DNA of 64,000 nt from a virus (lineage: Duplodnaviria > Caudoviricetes). A program made the translations under genes and the position numbers. Within the stretch, counting starts at the first letter, position 1; each line of letters opens with the position of its first letter. The notes under the pieces are model-generated. The model worked only from the letters and a program-made list of their open reading frames with translations, ran no database searches and had not been told where the DNA came from. Of the stretch, positions 17,795-25,003 are shown one piece after another. Location: IMG/VR virus record IMGVR_UViG_3300021387_003827, positions 32,001 to 96,000 of that record. The stretch is one strand, 5' to 3'.

Positions 17795-18802
17795 ATGATG
17801 ATTACGTTTAGTGAAAAGAAATTTGGTAAGCTGGGGAAGGCTGCAAAAAAGGGCATTGAATCGATACAGAATGATCCAGCCAAACTAATTATACCTGCCC
17901 TAACTTCTACTCCAGGCGTTGCTTTAGGTCTAGCTAATTTGACGGTCAATAAAGATCGAAGAAAGAAAGATCGAGAGTTACGTCAAGCCCAGATTGAAGC
18001 TACAAATAAATTAGTTGAAGCACTGGAAAATGAAAATAGAGCTGAAGCCAAGAGCAGGGCTATTAAATTAAGAAGAGCCTATAAGAAACCTATAGCGGAT
18101 GACCAAGTTCCTGCTGCACTAGATCAAGTAAAAAATAAAGTATTGAAAGGAGAAGATATGATTTCTTTTAAGAAAAAAGACTTTAGTATTCTTTCTGATG
18201 CTGTTTCTGGAGCCGCTATTGGTGGTACCCTGGGAATGGGAGCTACACCAATTATACTCAAGAAGAAAGATAAGATCGTACTCGGGAAAAAGGGAACCAC
18301 TATAGATCTAGACGGTGTAGGAAAAGGAGCCGTAGGATTTGCCGCTGGAACCATAATTGGCGCTGCTCTTGGATTAGTTGTTGGCGGAATCAAAGAAACA
18401 GCTAAATTCATAAATAGAGCCAGGACTGTAGATAAGAGACTGATGCCAGGTATAATCGAGGATCTAAAGAAAGGTAATTTCAAAGAAGGAAAAGACTTCA
18501 CTAGAGATCCTAAGACTGCAAATGAGCTTAAAACAAGAGTTTGCGTTGTAGTTACGAAATATTCTGGCGATCTACGGATCCTCATTAATACAGTATCAGA
18601 TCAGAAATTATCACAGATAACTAAAGACTCTATTAAGAATATACCAAATTCTTCTGTGGTCAATGAAAAGGTCACAGATAGATATAATGATATTACAGTT
18701 TCTACTATTTCAGATTCTTCGGCAGATCCTGCATTAATCTCTGGAATAGCGGAAAGATTTATAAGAAACGGTTATCCAGTATATCTGGTTGAAGTTGGTT
18801 AA
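17795..18802 (+). CDS. two-unit Gly-zipper protein with N-terminal and internal leaders
   Basis: MMITFSEKKFG, plus internal in-frame MISFKKKDFS at 18158. Confidence 0.65.
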   Translation: MMITFSEKKFGKLGKAAKKGIESIQNDPAKLIIPALTSTPGVALGLANLTVNKDRRKKDRELRQAQIEATNKLVEALENENRAEAKSRAIKLRRAYKKPIADDQVPAALDQVKNKVLKGEDMISFKKKDFSILSDAVSGAAIGGTLGMGATPIILKKKDKIVLGKKGTTIDLDGVGKGAVGFAAGTIIGAALGLVVGGIKETAKFINRARTVDKRLMPGIIEDLKKGNFKEGKDFTRDPKTANELKTRVCVVVTKYSGDLRILINTVSDQKLSQITKDSIKNIPNSSVVNEKVTDRYNDITVSTISDSSADPALISGIAERFIRNGYPVYLVEVG

Positions 18803-18824
18803 AATTTATTATAGTATATAGAAT

Positions 18825-20990
18825 ATGGCAGAATGGAATGAAACTCTTGAGCCGTATATAAAAGTTCAGGAAAGAATCAAATCCGCAACGCAAAATCCTA
18901 CTACAGGAGATGAGCTCATTATTGGTGTTGCTATAGTGTCGGATGCTGGTTCTGGAGATCCTACCCTTGTTCGCGGTCAGAAGGAGTTTGTAGAAAAATT
19001 TGCTTCTCAAGAAGAAATAACCAGCGAATATCTATCATCGCTGGATAAATTATATGGGGACGGTACTTTAAATATCGCCTCTACTATGTGGGCTAACGCC
19101 TATAGACTTGCTGGATCCAATACTCTTTTGGTTACCAGAGCCACTAAGTCTGATAGCTCATATTTCACCAAACCTCTGTCTCCTGATCAGACTGTTGGTG
19201 GAAAGACCTTTATTCTCAAGGATGGAGAATTACTAGTTAGAGTGACTGGTTCAGCCGGAACTGGTGGAATTAAGTTTGTTATTGATGTAAATGGAGACTC
19301 TGCAGAACATGCCGGAACTGGCTGGTGTATTAATATATCTGACGTAGGAGTCTTTGGTAACCGCGTTGAAGATGCCGGCCCAGTATATGATTATCTAGCT
19401 ACCGATCTCCCTTCACTCGTAGAACAGTTAAACGAGACTTCTAAATTCTTCTCTCCAGACTATAAGTTCTATACGGATCTGGATGGCAAGACAACTCAAG
19501 AATGGAATGGTGTGAATCCTCTTGAAGTGAAGACTGTTCTCTTTAATGAATTATATATTGCCGCCAATATTCTTGACAAATCTGACCCAAGAATGGAAGA
19601 CGGTATGTATAATATGGTAGTAGCTGACTCTGATTGGCAGCTTACAACCCCTATTACTGAAAATATGGTTATAGACCTCAATGCTCTTGCCTCTGTGGAT
19701 TTCCCTGAGTATTATGTTATTAATGCATATAATTCAGCTACAGATCTGAAGGTGAGAATCAGACGGTTTAATCATGACGCAGTATCCTCTGTTGATGTTC
19801 CTGCTTCCACAGACCTTACGTCAGTCACAGCCTCACAATCACGACTCATAAGTGATTCTTATCTTGGGTCTGTTTCTGAAGATAAAGATTTCTACGAGGT
19901 TGCAATTCTTGATAAGAGTCTGTCCTCGACGGTTCTCTATTTTAACATAGGAACAAAAACTGGAAGAGGTGATATAACTGTAGATGAGCTTCAGGAGAAT
20001 ATGAAGATGCTTAGCTTTGTTCTTCCTGATGATATGGGTGATCTTGGTCTTAATTATTATGGAGACACCAGAGAAGGAAAGACCGATAAGCAAGAGATTC
20101 TCGTAAATGCTAAGGTTAATACGGACAGCAGTAAGATTCTCAATGTTACAGTAGATGATCTTAAGAAAGCCCTAGATCTTATCACCGAAGATGAGGTTTA
20201 TGTTACTGAGGGTCTTTCCGATCTTGGCTGTACAGATCTTACCTTCCAGAACTACATTGCTAATATCGCTATCAATGAAAATTACTTTATTCCTAACTCC
20301 ACAGTCAATAGTACAAACTATATGACTATTGGAAGTTTTGCAAAGAAGATTAATCGTGATAGTGAAAAGCAATATATGTCTGCACCTTGGGACATAGATA
20401 CTGCAACTCTCGGATTCAAATTTTATGCTAGTCCTTCTGTTCTATACTGGGAGACCGTATCAAAGAATAGAAGAAACAATAATGAATTTGCTTCTGTACT
20501 AGGTGAAACTACTGGTGTTGTGGGTTATCAGAGACCAGTAACCGAATTTAATAAAAAGACAAGACAGCTTCTTCTTACCAGAAAAGTCAATACTGTACTT
20601 TGGGATAATTCAATCTCTAACTGGTGTATGAATGATTGCTATACTACTCAATCTACAAATACCGTTGAAAATGAAGATGGTAATGCTAGATTAGTAATTC
20701 ATATCAGCAAGAATATTCCAGTCATTCTTAAGCAGTTTATTGGTAAGAAAATCAACGAGAAATTATGTTCTGATGTTGAAGGAGCTATTGGACATTGGTT
20801 CAAGATGTATATCCTACCTCTTGGAACTACTGTAGAAGCCTTTAATGTAGTTTGTAATTTTGATGCTGCTCTTGCCAGACAAAATAAGATAAAAGTTGTT
20901 GTTCAAGTAAGACTCCCCCGTGCTCTTAAGTTCATCGATGTTTACAACGACATCTATGATACCGGCATGGAGTTTGAGGTTGTTGAATAA
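18825..20990 (+). CDS. contractile tail sheath protein
   Basis: N-terminal PYIKVQE; C-terminal sheath signature ARLVIHI...LKQFIGKKIN...KIKVVVQVRLPRALKFIDV. Confidence 0.85.
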   Translation: MAEWNETLEPYIKVQERIKSATQNPTTGDELIIGVAIVSDAGSGDPTLVRGQKEFVEKFASQEEITSEYLSSLDKLYGDGTLNIASTMWANAYRLAGSNTLLVTRATKSDSSYFTKPLSPDQTVGGKTFILKDGELLVRVTGSAGTGGIKFVIDVNGDSAEHAGTGWCINISDVGVFGNRVEDAGPVYDYLATDLPSLVEQLNETSKFFSPDYKFYTDLDGKTTQEWNGVNPLEVKTVLFNELYIAANILDKSDPRMEDGMYNMVVADSDWQLTTPITENMVIDLNALASVDFPEYYVINAYNSATDLKVRIRRFNHDAVSSVDVPASTDLTSVTASQSRLISDSYLGSVSEDKDFYEVAILDKSLSSTVLYFNIGTKTGRGDITVDELQENMKMLSFVLPDDMGDLGLNYYGDTREGKTDKQEILVNAKVNTDSSKILNVTVDDLKKALDLITEDEVYVTEGLSDLGCTDLTFQNYIANIAINENYFIPNSTVNSTNYMTIGSFAKKINRDSEKQYMSAPWDIDTATLGFKFYASPSVLYWETVSKNRRNNNEFASVLGETTGVVGYQRPVTEFNKKTRQLLLTRKVNTVLWDNSISNWCMNDCYTTQSTNTVENEDGNARLVIHISKNIPVILKQFIGKKINEKLCSDVEGAIGHWFKMYILPLGTTVEAFNVVCNFDAALARQNKIKVVVQVRLPRALKFIDVYNDIYDTGMEFEVVE

Positions 20991-21008
20991 TATCTCCATT
21001 GTTCAAAG

Positions 21009-21073
21009 GGAGTGTCTGATAAAAAAAAAATAAAAAGAAAAATACAATTCGCTCCTCTTTTATCAGACACTCC
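21009..21073. repeat. perfect 16 bp inverted repeat with 33 nt A-rich loop after the sheath gene
   Basis: ggagtgtctgataaaa (21009-21024) / ttttatcagacactcc (21058-21073). Confidence 0.85.
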
Positions 21074-21089
21074 TAAATTTTAAAAGATT

Positions 21090-21824
21090 ATGCAAAAGAC
21101 CTTATTGAAAGATTTAAAAAAGAAGATATTTATAAGATCTTCTATGCTGGCGGTAAGCTCATTAGACGAAATATTTGGGCTTAATGATTATCTCTCACCA
21201 GATGAGGTCTTACTTGAAATAATAAAAAAGGCCTTAAGTGAGTTTGAGATATCTAACCCCCTCATTCTAGAGATGAAGGTATGTAAAGATCAAATGGGAA
21301 CCTGCTATGGAAGACAGGGATATTCAGAAATTAAGAGCAATTTTACACTTTACTTAGATTGCATGATATCTGAAGATCAAATTATTCTTGTTCCAACAGT
21401 TACCCCATACCTAAGACTTCTCAATAGTTATCCTGCTCCTGGGTCTTGGTATCCCGCTACAGACTATCAAGCACCATATCTTTTCACACAAGATATACCG
21501 TTTTATGGAGGTCAATTTTGGATAAGGGGAATTTGCTCCAGGCCGATTATTCCGGATTTTACACCGGATGGAAAGTTTAATGAGGCAAGTACAAAGAGCG
21601 CCATCTACTGGTTAAATATAGAAGAAGGAGCATTAGGAACTTATTTTATGGACCTCTGCATGGTTCATGTCTTAGATTATATCCGTCAACTCAAGGCATC
21701 TATTCAACTCCCCTCTATGTCTGTTGATGTGTTGGGAAATATAGATACAGCATATCAGGAGCTCAGAGCGAGGTGCGACCAATATCAATTACAATCTTCT
21801 TGGTACGGAGGACTACTAGTATGA
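21090..21824 (+). CDS. putative neck/head-tail adaptor protein (gp13-like)
   Basis: 244 aa; C-terminal helix plus IQLPSMSVD pattern reminiscent of gp13; synteny. Confidence 0.45.
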   Translation: MQKTLLKDLKKKIFIRSSMLAVSSLDEIFGLNDYLSPDEVLLEIIKKALSEFEISNPLILEMKVCKDQMGTCYGRQGYSEIKSNFTLYLDCMISEDQIILVPTVTPYLRLLNSYPAPGSWYPATDYQAPYLFTQDIPFYGGQFWIRGICSRPIIPDFTPDGKFNEASTKSAIYWLNIEEGALGTYFMDLCMVHVLDYIRQLKASIQLPSMSVDVLGNIDTAYQELRARCDQYQLQSSWYGGLLV

Positions 21825-22354
21825 TTATATTACGACAGAAAAATTATTCTTCACCTCTTACTAAGGCTCTCTATAGAAAGGAGAAACTCGTATCTGGTTT
21901 AAAGAAAGGTGCTGCCGGACTAAGAACCAACCTCACTAGGGCTGTTTCAAAGTCTCCTCTTAGTCCAAAAGTTATAGCCGCACAGGAACTGGAAAGAAAG
22001 GTAGCAATTGACGGAAAGGCGGCAAAACGGAGAGCCATTCAATCCAAAAATAAGATAGAGGCAGCCAAGAATTATATAGGAACATCTACGCCGGGACAGA
22101 TTGCTTCTGATGTAGTTGGGGAAGTAATAAGACGACCAGTATTCGTTGGTGGTGCGGTCGGTGGATATGCTCCTTTGGCTTATGGAGTATATGTCCCTTT
22201 TACAACTCCGACAGCTTTAGCATTAGAAGAAGGCGCTAGAAAAATAGTTCCTGGGTATGCGAAAGTTACAGACTCCTTATCTAAAGCATATAATAAAAGC
22301 GGAAAGAGAGTGGTTTCGAACCTAGTAGATTCAGCAACTAAAGCTATTGTATGA
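21821..22354 (+). CDS. basic protein with KxYS leader (likely start ATG 21821)
   Basis: MIILRQKNYS; hydrophobic VFVGGAVGGYAPLAYGV segment. Confidence 0.6.
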   Translation: MIILRQKNYSSPLTKALYRKEKLVSGLKKGAAGLRTNLTRAVSKSPLSPKVIAAQELERKVAIDGKAAKRRAIQSKNKIEAAKNYIGTSTPGQIASDVVGEVIRRPVFVGGAVGGYAPLAYGVYVPFTTPTALALEEGARKIVPGYAKVTDSLSKAYNKSGKRVVSNLVDSATKAIV

Positions 22355-22962
22355 TAGAGTTTAAAGAAAAGATATTTTCCATAGAAAGTGGAAATTTTGA
22401 AGGAACTAAAAGAATTCCCAAGAAAGGAAAAGAAATTCTACATAAACTCCTATCTGGTGTCGATGCTGGGTCTGGTCTAAAGGGATTTCTCAGCAGTGGA
22501 GATGAAGTTTATAAATCTTCTAATTTCTGGGATAAGATTCAAGATTTTAATTCTTGGATTAAAGCTACTGCAGAAAACAGCCTCTTCAACTCCGGGAGAA
22601 AAAAGAAGTTTAACTCTTTTGATATAATTTCTGCATTAAGGGGAAAAATAGATATTAATAAAGACCCAAAAGACTATGTCGTATCAGCGTATAGTTTTGG
22701 CAATTCATTAATACTATTTATAAATAAGCCTAAGAAGAAAGAATTATCAAAATTAAATGACATATTAAGTAATTATTGTTTTGAACATAAGGATACAGAT
22801 TATGCGTCTGAAAGAGTTGACAAAAATACATACGTTGTTGATGTATATGTTCCGAAAGATGCCTCTATAGACTTAATTTCTGATATTATCGATGATGATT
22901 TCAAGGTAAACATAATTACTGGATCAAAATTTATAAGTAAAGGTCGACAAGTATATGATTGA
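22351..22962 (+). CDS. putative internal head protein with KxFS leader, paralogue of 22955
   Basis: MIEFKEKIFS; LSKLNDILSNYC matches LEKVDNTLDYYC in 22955. Confidence 0.6.
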   Translation: MIEFKEKIFSIESGNFEGTKRIPKKGKEILHKLLSGVDAGSGLKGFLSSGDEVYKSSNFWDKIQDFNSWIKATAENSLFNSGRKKKFNSFDIISALRGKIDINKDPKDYVVSAYSFGNSLILFINKPKKKELSKLNDILSNYCFEHKDTDYASERVDKNTYVVDVYVPKDASIDLISDIIDDDFKVNIITGSKFISKGRQVYD

Positions 22963-24184
22963 ATTTATACAGAAGGAATTTACTCTGCAAGAGGGTCATT
23001 ATACTGGACCTAAGGATCAGGATAAATTACCCGGAGCTGTAGAAATTATAGGAAAAAGCGCGTTAGGTGGAGCTTTAGCGGGTTCTGCTGTCGGCGCAAT
23101 TCTAAAGGATACTACTGCCCTTGAAGGAGCAATTCAGGGTGGAAAATATGGAGCTCTTGCCGGCGTAATTCTTAAAGTATTTTTAAACTATCTTCATAAA
23201 CCAATGTCAAAAGTCAAGTTTCAGGAGGTAGATAGAAAGATACGTAAAGAATTTGGTATATATCGTGCTGCCGGAATTACTGTAGGAGACTCCATAAGTA
23301 ATAGAAAAGATGTTTCAGAGAAGTTTAGCTTCAATGATAGAAACGTTACGAACTATAAAATAACCATAACAGTACAAAATGATCAAGTGACTATGTATAC
23401 CTTTGGTCTTTCTGACAAAGATCTTGAAAAGGTAGATAATACCCTTGATTATTATTGTAAGAAATACTTTGGGATGAAATATAGCGCCTCTCTTTTATCT
23501 CAAAAAATGAATTCTTATGCCGTAACTATAGTCTTCACCAATTATCAAGTTATATCTAATTTCATTATGGAACTTTCCAATGAATTAGAGACGAAGATAA
23601 ATCTTATGGACAATGATGCTATAGTAGCTGGCAGACTTCAAGATGAAGAGGGAGAGGAGGATCAGAGAAATTTTAGTGTAGCCGAATTTGGAAAAAATGA
23701 TATTATAAAGATTCTTTCCGGCTCTGGGATATCTTTTATAAAGAATCTTACAAGAGGGAAAGGACTTGGGACGAGTATTTCCTGCGCTCTTCTTGAAATA
23801 TTATCAGGTTCGGCTAGAAAATTAACCAAAGATGAAATGGTTAAAGCAGGAATAAAGGCGCCTAGAGAAGCTTTCGGAAATAAGTATCTCTATGACACTC
23901 TTTTAAAACTTCATTATATTGACGGATTTAATTTCGTTTCTGGAGAAAAGAATTTCGACAATAATATGTCTATGATTGAAGGACTTTTTGTAGTAACTTC
24001 CTCCAAGAAAGATGATGTCTCTAAGATAGATAAATTATACTGGGGAAGTGGAAGAAATAAAATAAATAGGTCTAAGAATGGTGATGTTATTGTCTGGACA
24101 CATTCAATCCAAAGCCGAGTGGAATTCGAGTTCCTCTTAAAGAAATTAATGTCGTCTGGTATAAAATTTAATATATTTGAATAA
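22955..24184 (+). CDS. Gly-zipper-containing putative internal head protein with KxFT leader
   Basis: MIEFIQKEFT; GGALAGSAVGA; internal acidic linker ending RNFS. Confidence 0.6.
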   Translation: MIEFIQKEFTLQEGHYTGPKDQDKLPGAVEIIGKSALGGALAGSAVGAILKDTTALEGAIQGGKYGALAGVILKVFLNYLHKPMSKVKFQEVDRKIRKEFGIYRAAGITVGDSISNRKDVSEKFSFNDRNVTNYKITITVQNDQVTMYTFGLSDKDLEKVDNTLDYYCKKYFGMKYSASLLSQKMNSYAVTIVFTNYQVISNFIMELSNELETKINLMDNDAIVAGRLQDEEGEEDQRNFSVAEFGKNDIIKILSGSGISFIKNLTRGKGLGTSISCALLEILSGSARKLTKDEMVKAGIKAPREAFGNKYLYDTLLKLHYIDGFNFVSGEKNFDNNMSMIEGLFVVTSSKKDDVSKIDKLYWGSGRNKINRSKNGDVIVWTHSIQSRVEFEFLLKKLMSSGIKFNIFE

Positions 24185-24185
24185 T

Positions 24186-24551
24186 ATGATAATCAAAAGA
24201 GAAAAAAATTTCTCTAAAATAGTATCTGATAAAATTTCTGCAAAACTAGATCGTGACGGTATTCTTGATTATGAGGTTTCTGATAAGATCTCAGATGATA
24301 GCATATCTATAAGTTCTGATCTTTCAAATGTAGAAGTGTTTATCCCAATTGATCTAGAATATTCTCAGTATCCGATAGATGATATTCTTAGAAAAGTGGC
24401 CCCTTATCTTAGGAGCACTACGAATCTAGAAAGAGACATCTATATTCTCAGGGTACAAGGAAAAATGACAGAGGATCAATATTATAAATTTGTCAAGGGT
24501 ATTATAAAATCTGAAGAATTCATAACTATCCTTGAGAAAGATTTTATTTGA
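24186..24551 (+). CDS. putative internal head protein with KxFS leader (likely start ATG 24186)
   Basis: MIIKREKNFS. Confidence 0.55.
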   Translation: MIIKREKNFSKIVSDKISAKLDRDGILDYEVSDKISDDSISISSDLSNVEVFIPIDLEYSQYPIDDILRKVAPYLRSTTNLERDIYILRVQGKMTEDQYYKFVKGIIKSEEFITILEKDFI

Positions 24552-24565
24552 TATAATAGAGAATC

Positions 24566-25003
24566 ATGGCAAGCGAAGATATGGCCTCTAAAAGTTTGGA
24601 TAGGGCAAATAAGCTCTATTCAATAGGCATGAAGCAAATTAAATTACAGCTTAAGCTCCAAGGTACCGACTTCATTGTACTCCGCCCAAAGAATAATTCT
24701 AAGTGGAAACAAGTATTCGGAGGTACATATTCTTCCTCTAGTACTCTTGAAAACGATTACGAGCAATTCTCAACAAGACTAATCGTAAATCTTAATGAAT
24801 TTCGAGATGTATGGAATCGAAATAGAGATATAATAGAATCTTATAGTCCTGACGGATCTCTTGAGGTTGGAGATGAACTTCAATACACAAGGGACAAAAG
24901 GACATTTAGATTTAAGATCTCTATGAAGCAGGCCTATTCTGAGGTAGCAGATGTATTATATGTATATACGCTATCAAGTATAATTGAAACGCTAGATGAG
25001 TAA
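24566..25003 (+). CDS. putative head-closure/neck protein
   Basis: 145 aa beta-rich, LEVGDELQY...FRFKI typical of head-tail joining proteins; synteny. Confidence 0.45.
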   Translation: MASEDMASKSLDRANKLYSIGMKQIKLQLKLQGTDFIVLRPKNNSKWKQVFGGTYSSSSTLENDYEQFSTRLIVNLNEFRDVWNRNRDIIESYSPDGSLEVGDELQYTRDKRTFRFKISMKQAYSEVADVLYVYTLSSIIETLDE

